A program made the position numbers and the translations under genes. Positions 23,601 through 38,600 of a stretch of 64,000 bases of DNA are shown piece by piece. Origin of the DNA: Harriotta raleighana (taxonomy: Eukaryota); contig JBNZDD010013730.1 in the NCBI GenBank assembly GCA_050575255.1, positions 6,965,498-7,029,497 of the forward strand. The letters are read 5' to 3'. The notes under the pieces are model-generated. The model saw nothing but the letters and a program-made list of their open reading frames with translations, made no database searches and was not told the origin of the DNA. Position 1 is the first letter of the stretch; each line of letters opens with the position of its first letter.

Positions 23601-26600
23601 ACAACCTCATAATATAATTGCTTAATACTGTACTAAATGAGTAACATATTTCAAACAAACTGATTTGCTTGTGTTAATTGCACCCATTCTCTCTTTCTAG
23701 GCGTTGTACCGACGTCCTTTGCTTTGTACTATTTATTATTGTGATCCTTGGGTACATGGCACTCGGTGTTGTTGGTAAGTATAGTGAAAAAAATTGAATC
23801 CAATTCAATCCCCCGAGATGCGCAGGAAAGAAAAATACAGTATTGGTAAATAATACTGCAGTTGAAATATAATCCAAATAAATTAGATAAAAACCCTGAC
23901 TATTCTTATTTACAATTATATTATCACTTGAAAGTGACAGATGGAGATGAGAGCTCACATATGTATGTTGCTTTCATTGATCTTCTTTTAATGACCCCAC
24001 TGGGTGATTTACATTGTAACTAAAATTAATATAACTATTGTGTTTGAATTGCCATCTACTTCTGTGCTTATCAGTGTTCCTAAAGAGGCTGCAATAGTAC
24101 AAATAGTGATCCAGAGAGAGGTGGATTACGCCATCAATTTTTCCATTAAAAAAAAGTTGTACTAAAGTCTCAAACCTTGCCATAGCATCATGTTATACAA
24201 ATAATTAATGTCCAGTAAATAAAAGGAAAAGGGATAAGCTAGGACAAAATGAACAAGACTCTGTAGCCTAGGAAGTGCAATAAATTAAAGAGAATCTGAG
24301 AGAGAAAGATCATAATGACTATGAATCAAAGAGACATAACATCAATGGCATTTTAGGACGATGTTTGTTGAATGTTAGGAAGATGCATTTTAATTTGTTG
24401 CAAGATTCCGAGCATAACAAAATGCACTTGAAGTAATTGATATGCTTTTTTTGTGGAAATTATGGAAATGCAAAATAATAAATTAGATATACAGTAAAAC
24501 CTTCGTTATCCAGCACCCTCGGGACCCAACGGTGCTGGTTAATTAAATATACCGGATATTCGAGTAAGGTTTTACTGTACTATACTCTGTTGTAGCAATG
24601 AGCTTAATGATCAACTATTTATAAAGCACTGCCATAGAAGTGAGGTTAAAACTAGCACACACATATTTCTACACATTCCTAGCTCCTGACTGAGCCGTTT
24701 CACTGGAACTCATCCATTTGCATGGTTAGTGACATTAACTTAAAGAAGAATCTAGAGATGCTTAAATATTTCCAGTACATTGTTCTTAAAAGTTAACAAC
24801 ATAGAATAATTGCTGTTCAATTGTGAGAAATCTGTCACGTAGACCATTCTTCAATATGAAACTCCATGGTTATCAGGTTCAAGAGCCTTGGGAGCAAAGG
24901 CAACCCATCCATTTCATAGTCACAGAATACAGAATTGCTACCAACTTGAGACACTCTAATTGAACTATGGCCAGACTTGATTTTATTGAAAAAAGTGAAA
25001 ACTTGAAAACTGTATCATTGGATTGCCTTAGGTCAAGTATTTTTTATATGCAATGGATTTCTCAGTACAAATTAAACTGCTGATGTTTTGCCTAAGGTAA
25101 TAGTGTTTGTTAGACATATTACAGAGAAACACAATACATTTTACAGAGGAACTTGAAACAATGCAATTTCTGCTTGCTCAACTTGCTTGTGTCCTTACTA
25201 AAAAGCTTCTGTTTCATCAGACAACGATGCCCTTTAGACGAACAGAGTGAGTGAGGGAAGGAAAGATAACTCCTCCATTGTTAGCCTCAGGGTTATAACA
25301 CTTTCAAAGATACATTGTGGTGTTACAACCACTGAATGTACTCCACTTGGAAATTTGGTTGGATGCAAAAGCTTAAACCATTATACTGTAGATGGCACGA
25401 TGACTTTAACTCATGTAGAATGCAGCTTGGCTTTTTACATATAAACATTGACAATCATAGATAATAGATTTTCAAAATATATCTTCCCGTGTGAAGGGCA
25501 CTATATAAATGATATGATGCAAACAGGAGGCCCAAATTCCACCAAGATTTAGCCCATAGGTCTGCAAAATTTTTCTTTAAATTTAAGATTGCACATAATT
25601 TTGAAACAATACTGAAATATCAGTCTGTTGCAAACAGCATAATCTGTTAAACTGTTTTTTTAAAAAAAAAATGCTTTATTGGCATCACCATGCATCACTA
25701 AACATGATTAAAACACTCGTTTTACATTAAATAACAAGTAGAGTTGATGGGATCTGTTCCCAATACAGCAACTGACTTAATGTGGACATTTAATATATTG
25801 GACAATGTGTTACAAGGGAAAAAAAAATAATACCACTGCTAAATTTACCACTTGTATCCTATCCACAAGCTAATGTACAACAACAACAACATAACTTATT
25901 GTTAACTTATTGTTATTGTTAACTTGCTGGCACTAATGGTATATTGAGTCTTCTTATGAAACCAATTACATTAACACCTAACACATAATAATACAAAATT
26001 GATGAAAACACAATACAATACAAAATTACATTTGTATGGCACTTTAGCAGAGTACATATCTAATGATTATGCACAATTTTACTTTTTTTTATTTAATGGG
26101 GAGAATCCCTGTATTAAGTGGATATGGACAATAACTGGTTCATCTCTTTAACTTTCAGCCTGGGTTCATGGAGACCCGAGAAAAGTGATCTACCCAACCG
26201 ATAGCCACGGGCAATTCTGTGGCCAGCAAGGCACTGTCAATCAGTAAGTAATGAACAACATATTCCTTGAAACTAGTCAGAGAATTATTAATGTCATCCT
26301 CAGAAACTTCAAAGACAGAGATTAGCATCAAGATGACGAGAGGCTTAATTCCAATAGTTTGCTGAGATTTTCTTTAGGGATATCACAGCATTGAATAAAA
26401 TGGAACCAGAATTGTTGTGTAAGTTACAGTGCTGGTCCAATATTCGATTTGAATCTACTCAGTCTTTAAAAGCAGTGATAGGCATGTGCTGGAGGACAGA
26501 AAGCTTTTCCACAGTGTGGGGTGGGAAGAGACGCGCTTTCTCTTCTCGTGAGCAGCTTTGATTGTCAAACTTTGGGTTCAACCCATTGAAGTTGCAATTT

Positions 26601-29600
26601 CTGTTTAACCATTGATTCCAAATTTGAATTTTGAATACATCATAATGTTCATCAATACTTTGTCGTTCCTCAACTTACTTTTGGTAAAAGGAATACTTCA
26701 CTTTAAGGTATATTCTGTGAAGCTCTTTGAGACATCTTGAAGACTTGATAAAGCACTGTCAAATGCTAGGGTTTTTATTATTATAATCAATTACTATTTT
26801 GGGGAAGAATAAGGACTTTGCAGTTTACATAGGATCATAACATATGTGACCTAATAGTCTCCAGAGTCTATTTTCGTATTGACCTATTTAACAAATCCTT
26901 GCCAATTGTCCATTCTGTGTTTAAACCTTTTCAATTGAGCTGTGTTTTTTTTTACCTCTCCAGGCAAGTTCTTTCACATTTTTATTTGCTCGTTTTTTTG
27001 AAAAATGAGGAATAAACAGGTTTTTCAGCTTTCAACTTCATGAGGAAATGAGTAATGGAGCAGAAGAACTGGAAATACTCTGTATTTTCTTTGTAGTTGA
27101 AATGGTCTTTTATGCAGAAGCATTTAAATCACAATTTAGCTATGTAAAACTAGCCAGAAGCACAAAATGGTAAATTTCATCATATGCCAGGTATAAAAAT
27201 ATTAGAATTCATGCAATTGATTTTTTGATTCATTGATAGGTGGCCCTGCCAATGCTGTAAATTTTGTAATAAGCTGGATGGGTAAGAAGTTGCACCAAAA
27301 ATCCTACAAGAAAGGATTGCCTCCCATAATACCCAGATAATATTTATTTCAAGAAAAGAAAACCACTAACAGGAGCTTTGGATCTTCTACCGTTCTGGGG
27401 GCAAGTTTTGTTTCAGAAAAAGGAAACTTGTTTTGCTCCAGAAATATAAAAATAGCTACAGTACACAGATAAGACTTGCATTTAATTAGTCTTATCTGGG
27501 TTGAGTCAAGAAAGACTGAAGACAGGCCACACAATGGGGTAAATCATCTCATTCTTCCTGTCTTCCATACATAAATGTGTTACTCACTATTGTTGGGACT
27601 TGAAACTCAGAATTTCTAGCTGTTTCACACCTACCAACAACACTGCCGTATCAAGCAAATCACTGATAAATGGCTTTGACTTACTCCTCCCTCCATCGGT
27701 ACATGTGATATGATATTAAATGTTTCGTCCACAAAAAAGTCAATCCCATTTATAATATATCCAGTGAAGCTCTTTGAAATATCTCAAAGAGTTGATAATG
27801 TTCTATATCAAATGCATGGAGTATTGTTGCTATTATAATAATAATTGTCAGTTATCAAGTTACATATCACCAGCCACCTGACATTCAGGCATTGACATTC
27901 AAAAAATAAAAAATAAATTGTTCTGGTGATAGAATACAACGTATTTAATAATAATAATCCTTGCATTCTATATAGAGCTTTTCACGTCTTCGCGATGTCT
28001 CAAAGCACTTCACAGAATATACTTTAAAGTGAATTGAATGTATATTCGTGGGTGAAATGCAGCAGCCAATTGCACACATTAGTTTCCCATGAACAGTCGT
28101 GGATTGAAATGACCAATTTATTATTGTTTTGAGAGATTATTATGAGGCATGTGGAGTAAGGAAACTCGCCCAAGGTTTCGCCCTGCCTGGAATCAAACCC
28201 AGATCTCTTGCTTGTAAGGCGAGTGCTCTAACCCTGAGCTACAGGACTTCACGGACTCTACAGGAGTCATTGCCACATCTTCACTTTTTAAATTTAAAAC
28301 TTCACCAAAAGAAGGCACTTTATTTGGGAGTTTCTTTGTCTCATAAATTTGGTAAAGCAAATAAAACATCCCATGTCTTCAAAGCTTTGACTTTGATTTA
28401 CTAGCTTAAACAATGTACTATTGTATTGTGGCTTTAAAAGGTACCAGAGTATTAAATGCAACTCCTTTAAAGCCACAATACTGTACGTGCCCTGGGCTGA
28501 AATAATTATTAGTGGACAAGGTTTAGTGCAAATCTAATATTAATAATAATAATAACCCTTGCATTTGATATAGTGCCTTATCACATCTTCAAGATATCTC
28601 AAATGCTTCACAGAATATTCTGTAAAGTGAATTGACTGCATATTTTGTGGGCAAAAGTAATTATACCTTGAATACTATGATTTTATAATACAGCCAATTT
28701 TGCATTTAACACATATAATTAATCATAAACCATTAAAGTAGATGCATTTTGGATTGAATTGCATGGTTCAGGCAGCCTACTTTGTTGCCAAGTAACTATT
28801 CTTAATTATAGCTCACCACCAGTCATTCTCAAGGCAGTGTCACAAAGCTTAGCATTTTAAGGCATTATATCGAATGCAAGGATTATTATTATTGCTTCTT
28901 AAACACTTAAATGTTTAAGACACATCATTAGTTTGTCATTAATTGTATTCTAAATGTACTTATTGTATGAGAGGGGTAGAAGGAGCTAATTCAAATAATA
29001 TAACTGCTTAACTGATAGGGGAAATTAAAAGGAAAATCATAAATAATCAGTGGAGGAGGTTCTTGAAGAGAGACACCAAATCTTGTATTTGAAGCCTGAC
29101 ACATAATCAACTGTTTAAGGCTTTCTGAGGGCTTCATTAGATCTCTATAAAACTGGGCAGTTCTTAAATGTCCAATAAGCCATTCAATATCCATAGAAGT
29201 GTAGACTGACGACATCGCGTTTGCTTCTTTAGCACAGTACCATTTTGGAAGTATTCATGTACAATTTTATCATTTCAGTTGGCATTTTTGAGACTTTATT
29301 TTTATTTTTCTGCTATATTGACTAGTGTTATTAGAAAACGATGTTAATTACATCCAGTATAGATTTGTAATTTGGCCATTTTCTGGCTTCCCCATTCTAC
29401 TACTTTACTGGTAAGATTGTGCACCTCTTCATGCACAGGATTCCCTACAGGTTGCCATGTGTGGCTCTTGTCATGACCCTTATTCCACTAAGATGTTCAC
29501 ACTTAAATATAATCATTTGGCAAACAAAAATCCTAGAACAAAGAAACTAATGTGCATGGCATCCCAGTCCTCTACTTCAAGTAATATTTTCCAACTAGGT

Positions 29601-32600
29601 ACTCTGGCATCGTTGCTTGTTTGAGTATTACAGTGCAACATTTCACATTGTGAATGTGGTATTCACAGACACATTCTTCCATACATTGTGAGATGGCTAG
29701 ATTCTTCCTAAAGTAAGGAGAGTGTGAGCGTATTTAGGCTTGGATTTCAATTTGCGATATTCTGCCAGGCAGCTCCATTGTTTAAGGCATTTAATACTTG
29801 AATGGTTATCCATTCCTTCAATTTTATGCCTTATACAGTATTGAGTGAGAAAGAAGTCACTTTGTATGACACACCTTTTGCTGCCACCCTGTGGTCAATA
29901 CCCCAGTGGTTCCAGTAAAATATTTCCAATAACAATTGCATTTCTGAAGGACACAACTTGTGTGTAGACATGGTTTACAATGTTTGCACTGGATTTTTCA
30001 AGCCTATTATGTATTTCTGTAATAAATACAATACTGTGAGTTTAGGTGTTGAGCTCACTATTGTTTTGCAATTGCACAGTATCACGGGATAGTGTAGCAG
30101 TGTTTTTTTGGATTTTCTGTGACTGACACATTTTGTCAAACTGAGAAAGATAATATTATTATGTGCAGAATTTATTAGAATATGGTTCTGTCTGTGATTC
30201 AATTCACTGCGTCCTTCAATGTCACTGGGAACACCAAAGATTCAATTCATAGAGCATTCAATTTACTATATTCCTGCAGCCCACAATTCTAAAGCCTTCC
30301 TTCGTGAAGCTGATCTGGTTCTATTCTGTTCAGCACCCAAACAAATCAATGTAACTTTGGACAGGTTCTATACATTTTAAAGCCAATCACTGAATTTTAT
30401 ATGGGGGTGAAAAATATTTATTATTTTGGGATCATAAAGTGCGACTTGTATTACTGAAGTACCAATGGATGTGAGAGCACTGTTAAAAGAGTTTATATAC
30501 TTGCTGCATTCTTTTCTAGGAACAAGACAATTTTATTCTACTTCAATATCCTCAAGTGTGCAAGTCCTGCTGTGCTTATAAATTTGCAGTGTCCAACGAA
30601 ACAGGTAAGCAGAATCACTTAATTAGGTTTGGTTAATTCCCTTTTTATTCTTAAAGAGGATTTTAGAAAAATCTCCATGGACAAGGTGGAAACGATCCAA
30701 AGAATTAATCAAAGTGAAAATAATCCAGAGAGCATTAGCAGCAAAAATAAAATGATAACCAAACTAAATCGTCTGTTAGTTTCTAATAAGCAATAATAAA
30801 CAAATAGATTCCAGAGAATCCCCATGCACATGCCACATCCAATCCTGTGATGTTGCACATAAAGTACTCATTTGGTGGTGAACAGTCACAGTTACATTAC
30901 AAAGCACATTAAAACTACATGAATCATGCTGAAGTCCTGCTCTTAATATCAATGGGAAGATTTGCACCAGGGCAATATATAGGCAGTCAGTGCAAAGCAG
31001 ATTGCACAAAGCAAGTAACTCAATCAGACTCGTGATTTTGAACTGGGGATCTGGATTCACACAAATGTTTGTACACTGCAGACCTTTTCTCAGGTGGCTA
31101 ATGATTTATCACACTCAATGCTTTATTTTTAATCAGGGAAACTCCCCTGTGCTGTATTACTGACATGAATTAATTCTAATATTTTTAATACTGAAAAGGA
31201 GGAATGGAAGATGGCAGCTTCTCTATTATTCAGTCTGTTTATTCATTGCAACCTATGCTCATCAGCCCCACTAGAGTTAGAACCCAAATTCTCCTGAAGG
31301 TTTACAACAGCTGCTTACAAAGGGAAGAGCAGCACTTCTGTGTCAGTGTCTATCTTGGACTCTCTCCACTGAGAATCAGAAAGACCTGTTTGTACAGTGA
31401 ACCAGGAAGGCTGAAAAGATTTTTTTTTAAATGACATTGATTGTGGTTAGAGGTAGTGCCAAGCTTGGATTTTTAAAAGGCTGCAAAATGCATGGAGAAG
31501 GAAGGCAGGAACTGTATTGTTTTGATATCTTGAAGAATTAGTTAACTTTACTTAATCCATGGGATTAGACATTTAAAACACCCTCAGTCTAACAAACAGG
31601 CCTTTTGACAATCAAAAATTCCCCTTTGTAGCACAATCTTCATGAAAGCATTGGCAAACCTTTTCTTATCTACGTGTATCAATAGGCTTGTTGGAATTTA
31701 CACTCAGAGGATTTACTTCCTTGCAATGGATGGTATATTCTTAGCTACAAAACATATGTGGCTTTGGAGAAGGCGGGGGCATTAAAACTGAATTCTGTAC
31801 ATTTTTGGAGCATTGTTTGATGCAATCTTAATTATATTCAAATTGAATTCCTTGCTCGGGTCCCGACCTGACTGTTCAGCGCCTTGGGACGTCCACCTAA
31901 CTTGAAAGGCGCTCTATAAATGTAATTTTATTGTTGTTGAAACTGTTAACATTGTGCAATATTTTCCTCTTATTTCAAACAGCTCTGTGTTACAAAGTGC
32001 CCAGACCGGTTTGCAAGCTATATCAACATGCAAGCACAGTCCTACAGAAACAAAAAAAACTATTGGAAGTATTACAGACAGTTTTGCAAACCAGGCTTCG
32101 ATAACCCTGGAAAGGTTTGTATCCTGGGAGTAAAATCACGTTAATTCTCCTACATTGCTTTCGATTAATGCCTTAAATTAAGCTGTTACAGCATTTACTA
32201 CTGAAGCTTCAATATGCTTTCTGATGAATATTAACCAAAGTAACCTCCACATTCATTCCAAGATACCCTATTTATAAGTTAGCTGCAGTATCTTATTGGA
32301 TAGATTGTAAATCATGCCATTACTTTGTATGTCTTGTGGGATTTGATGGGACTCAACAGGCCAAATTATGAATCTACAGGAATCGTTTTTCATAGATGAA
32401 CACTAGTGATATTAATTTTATTTTAATGCTTCCTGTTACAGTATGTGCAAGCTGAGAACAAATCTCTTCATGCTTTTCCCCCAGTGGTTGATTGTACAGA
32501 GATGATTCATTGTTATCTAAACTTTATTTGGGTTTGGTAGTGTCCCATTGGTTAACATTCTTCTACCTAACAACTATCCTACTATTTTCCAGTCTTCTTC

Positions 32601-35600
32601 AGTAACTCTTATAATGAAACAAAAACAGAAGTTTCTGGGGAACTTTTTCGGGTCCACGACCCTTCGTCAGAACTGGACCCGAAACGTTTACTCTCTTTCC
32701 TTTCTCCATGGATGCTGCCTGACCTGCTGAGTTTCCCCAGCAACTTCTGTTTTTGTTTCAGATTCCCAGCATCTGTAGTATTTTGTGTTTTGTTACTCTT
32801 ATAATGATGACTGGTTGGTACTCATACAATAAATAGGTTGAGTCACTGGGGCGAAAACTGATAAAATTGAAATATTTCCACAAAACCAGATAGGGACCTT
32901 CAAATTTAAAAATCTAATTCGAGATAAAAATGATGCCATTGAAATTCAAACAAAGTTTAGATGCCGAACAAAGGCTTAAATAACAGGAACAATGTGTCAA
33001 GAGAATTAGATTTCAAACATTGAATTCTAAGATTGGCTTTCTGAGAAAATTTAAGATAGCCAGTCACATTGAAACGAATGACCCATGACCATCCAGCACC
33101 TTGGGATGTCCTCCCAATGTGAAAGGTGCAATATGAATGAAATTTGTTGATGTTGTTGACTTAACAATGCTATGTTGTTTTTTTTATTAAAAAAAGGAGG
33201 CAACAACACAAGATTGTCATTGAGGATTCCTATTTATTAAATTGCAGCATTGTTTTATACATTCACACTTTTCTTAATAAAAACACTGAGTGTTAAATGG
33301 TTTATAATAATATAAACAGTGTTTCCAATTGAGCTTTGGTAATGCATTTGGCAGAGATGTGCGTCATCTGAAACAGCTTTGGGTAGAACATGTTACATAC
33401 CTCAGCTGTTTGCTGAGGTGCTAATAGAGCATGGGAGGTACTATTCCAGCTGTCCTACTTTACAAGACATTAAATTTTTCCGAAAGGAAAAGAAACACAC
33501 TATTCTGCTCAATGAATAAAAAGTTTTTTTTATAAATGTTCACAATTATACATTACAGTATTGGGACACCAGGACTAAATTTGTCATGTCTGTCATGGTA
33601 CATGTTGACGAATATATTTCTTAGTTACCCGTTTTTGAAAAGGAGGGTCATGTCTGCTTTGAAAGATTATCTCTGTGTGGAAAGTTTACTCCAGTGCAGT
33701 TTAATATGTTGCAGAAATGGTCGCAGGTGATTAACCTTTCTTTTGACTTTAGAATTAAATATTATTATTAGCTTTATAGTCCTTGGACACACCTCTGTTT
33801 AAAGTGAGAGCATGTGATGGAGGGGAAAGTAATGCAACTTCCTACATCTGAGGTTTGCTTTATTCCCTTTTGCTCTAATCAACACCATGCATTAATTGTA
33901 ACATCAACGGATACATACAAACAGCTACTGGCGACATCAAAGGAACTAGAACAGATTTAATGAACCATTCAATGTTTCACTATATCAGGCAGGTGTCTAC
34001 AGACATATATAATTTATTCTTCCTGCAAACATATCTAATGGCAGTATCAACTATGTACCTATGCTGACTGACAAAATGCACAGCATAGAAAGAGAGCAAA
34101 AGCAAGAAGGATGCCTAGAAAGATGAAATTTTGTCATGAATTTTTTTTTACCAGCCTTTGGAATTCATTGAGTTAATGATTGCACAAGGAAATACACAAA
34201 TCCTTAGCCACACTTACACCCACAAAAGTGTGTTTGCTCTGGTAAACACTTAAATTCTAAAGATCAAACAAAAAGAATTGTACCAAAGGCTTTCTTCATC
34301 TGAACCTCTCCATAAGATTGCCCAAAAAACAGAAAGAAATGAAGGTGTGAAATTATTGCTGTAAAAACAATGTTTGATGGAATCAATGGCTGAAACAGGC
34401 GCAGTATGATAAGAAACAAAAACAGAAGTTGCTGGGAAAACTTAGCAGGTCAGGCAGCATCGATGGAGAAAGGAAAGTGATTCAATGTTTCGTGTCCACG
34501 ACTCTTCTTCAGAAGTAGTATTTTGTGTTTTGCAGTATGATAAGAAACTGATACTGATACATTATCTTGTTCTTTATATTTTAGTCAGTTGCAGAAGTGT
34601 TACGAGATGAAGACTGTCCTTCAATGATTGTTCCCAGCAGACCATGTACGTATGAGATTTTGGTTGCAGAGAACAAAAAACATTTGGCTAAATGCAGCTT
34701 TGAAATAAATATTATTTAATTTGAGTGACAAATACTAAAATGATGTTGATCTACTTTGCAGTCCTACGCAGATGCTTTCCTGACTTTACAACCAAGAATG
34801 GAATATTAACTGTAGCGAACAAGACAACCTTCAAAGATGGACTTGGTAAAACACGAAATGTGACTGACTTAAGGGATGCTGCCAAGTACGTCATTCATTA
34901 TACCAGCTTTTTAACTGGACAAATATTTCTGAAATGAAATTCATTTCCAAGAGATATCAGTTTGCTGTGGTTTTGTGAACATGAGAGATATTACAAGAAT
35001 GTTAAGGAATTAAAATACAAGGATTATTTAGTTTTAATGACAATAGATGTTTAATGCATTTTATAAGTACTCTGAGGGTGAAGTATTTATATCACATAAC
35101 TTATTTCCAGTAGTTACATTAGTACCATAATTCTTCCATCATATTCTATTCTGCAAACTTAATCCCATAGCATCAATCATAGAAAGCATAAAGCAAATGT
35201 AATTGGATTGAACAATTGGCTTGGACAGATTTTTGTGTGAAATAACAGCTAAAAGTAAATAGAATTGGAGAACTTGACAGACTTATTCAAATCAATACCA
35301 TCCCTGTGTGTTGAATTTTTAATACAGTAAGACCCGCATTTCTTATCTTTATAAATCATTTATCATACATGCACTCAAGTCCATTCAGCTATCTTTCAAA
35401 AACATTTAAATTTCTTTGCACTAATTGGATCTATCATCTCCTAAATCGTAACACCGGTCCCCTAGTCTCCATTACTCTGGCACTTACCAGTTACATTAAA
35501 ACAAAGAAAATGTGGTGTTCATCTGTCACCACATGCACACGTACTGGCCACAGTGATGAACTGCTATCTGCACACTTAGTGGCACAATGTAGATTATTGA

Positions 35601-38600
35601 CTGAATCAGATTTTATACGATTTATACAGATTTGGCTGCAACTCGGACTTCAAGTAAATCAGATGAAATGTCATAATCACGAGTGATATCACTTACTGTA
35701 TCAATCTTAGAAAATGTTATTTGAGTACTCCTGACAGCAATGGATTAGTAAAAATGAGAGTGAGAGCTCACAGAGTAAGCATTGTTAAAGCAACATGCAA
35801 AATAAGACCAAATTATCATATAGTGTTCTCTTAGCAGTTAGATTCCAATTCTCAAAGACATTTGCAGAACACACTTCTTTTTCTTACAGATTTCAAGGCA
35901 GTTTGTAGCAAACTGCAATGAAGCTTGTATTAGACCCTGAAGCCTTAATGTGGCCGAGGCCAAGACAGGAGTAATTAGCAATGATTTTAGATTTTTTTTA
36001 AAAAACACATCCCATTATTCTATTTCAACCAATAAATATATTGAACGCCTTCTTCCATTAGACCTCATTTTCTTCAAGCATAAAGATCATCATTAGTATT
36101 CTACAATGTTGACTTGTCTTTTATTACTACTTATCTTAATTCCCCTGATAGCTTTGTTAGTTAACGCGAAGGCCAATATCATCATTGCAATTCATTAAAA
36201 TGAAGTGCAGGAAAGCTTGCATATTTATCTTGCTTTTTTAAATTCTCGACTTGATTGAGGAACCAGACCATAACTACTAAATACTGTCACTGCCACCATT
36301 GGAGAGGACAAATAAAATGAGTGCAATTTTATAGGTAGAGGTGTTAACATATTTACTTAGCATTACAATCATTTTATAGTCTGAGCCAATGAAAACTTGC
36401 TACGATTTTAGTTCCTTGAAAATGAACATACATGGCTGAGATTTCCTGTGAGTAGTACTGTATTATCCCTGCCCTGCTTCAGAATGGATCTACTCACCAC
36501 TGCCACACCAGCAGCAATCAATTACCATCCAGAGATGTAGAATAGGTTGATCAGTGATAAATAGTTGCAAATATCATTCATTCCTAGTTTTGGCTAGTTT
36601 AAAAATCAGTTGTTATATTACAAACCAAATAATCTCATCACAACACTTTTCAATAGAACCAAAATGCAGAGATACGCTCCTCTTTCAAATGGCATCAATG
36701 GAGTCCTATCTTTTTCTTGGCAGGATTGCAGCCATCAATGTTCAATCTAATTGGGCTATACTTCATAACTGGGCTTGATACTATTAATTCTGTAGCCACC
36801 AGTGGTACATTTATGTCAGCACAATGTACAATGTATTAACTTAGGTAACAAGCCAATGACCTAGAGTACACATACTAGAGAGTTCACAACGTTTAGCGAA
36901 CAAATCAAACAAGTAAAAACACCCATTGAAACACACAGCATATAAATTTGCCAAACAGAAGCAAATGTAAGGCTGTAATCTCACTGTAGGTTCAGATAAT
37001 GATTACAAAATTGTTCGACTTTCTGGTCATAATTTGCCTAAACCACTTCTATTGTGCTTTTAATTTTTTGAAGAACGGCTTACATTTTTTTTTGCAGTGG
37101 GTTACTTTTGTAAGTGCGACAAATAGTGTATTTGTTTTTAAATTTACAGCCAAGTTACAGCAATCCGTCACAGACCCAAAAGGTGTTGGAATCATTTTTA
37201 AACAATATCATAAGGTCTGAATGAGCTAATATGCATTAAACCTGCCATCAGCTCTTTGGCTGTTCTGTATGTCAATTTTACAGCTCAGTTGGAATTCAGT
37301 GCATGTTATGCTCTACTAACATGGAGGCATCAATTGTTGAAAAGTATGAGCATTCGAGGCAGGTTTGCTTTATGATGCATTATTGTTAGAGGTAGCTTTG
37401 TTCTGAATGTAGCCCATGCTATATTTAATCTGATTCACAGGTGGATACAGTACATTGACTATCAGATACATTATACTGTATGTAGGATTAGGCACTGAGC
37501 CAGAACAGGGCATCAGAAATTGGAAGTATTGAACCTGGAGAAAAGAGACTCAATACTTGAAAATTAGCATGTAGACGGTCTTACCTTTGGCAATTGCAAT
37601 ATTTGTGTATGGCTTTATATATGTGTGTGTATATATAATACATTCTATGTTTGGAAGGCATATAGCATTCAAGGCAATCCAAGATGAAAGGGAGTTCACA
37701 TGGGAACAAATTAATACAGATTATTCTTCATTAGCAAGCTTGTGCATTGCAGTAGAATCCAGATAATCGGATGCAAGGAAGAATCCCAGCGAGACTGTTC
37801 ATATCTGAAAGATTTTGGTACTTTTAAAAAAAAAAGATACTTTCTAGTTTTGTCCACTCAATATTATAACATTAAATAAACATATTATTTCGCATTATCT
37901 ATGTCAGCTGTGCATAACAATACAAAAAGGTTCTTTCTTTTAAAAAGAACTTCGATTAGAGATTTGTTTTTGACTAATTTGACTTAATAGGATATGAATG
38001 TATCTTTTCTGCAAAAAGTAGGATCAAATCAGACCAGCAACAGTGGCATTCATTTTTTAACACTGTGTATATCTCTCTCTCCATCATTTGGTCAATCAAT
38101 CCACGGCTGTTTGTAGGACACTGCTGTGTGCAATGGCTGCCATGCTGTGCCCACACAATATACAGTCAATTCACTTTACAGTATATTCTGAAGTGCTTTA
38201 AGATGTCTCAACAAAATGATAAAATGCTACATTAAATGCAAGGATTATTTATTTTAGAGCCAGATTCAATCTCCAGGTGGCTTCTAACCTTAAACAAAGG
38301 AGGATTTATTTTAATTTTATATAAATCTGGCTAAATATTGCTTCTTAATATTATAATTATTAGTAATGTTTAATGCAAACTTAGATTGAAGAACTAAATT
38401 ATGAATGAAAGGTGATTTGATTTGTAAGCAGAGTATGCAAATCATTTTGTCACCTGAAGATGGATATTTTGAAAATGTTTAATATCTCAAATTATGCAAT
38501 TAGCTTTTCATTAAAATAATACATCAAAGTCCCTGCCTGATGCCCTAATTGTGAAAATGATTAGATGGCATTAGAATGATCTAGTAAGGGTGTAGTAGAC

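Noticed and set aside
32119-32126. U12-like GTATCCTG just inside the intron after exon 31983-32114
   Set aside because: Using it shifts the frame, and the downstream acceptor has a U2-type pyrimidine tract with no U12 branch point.
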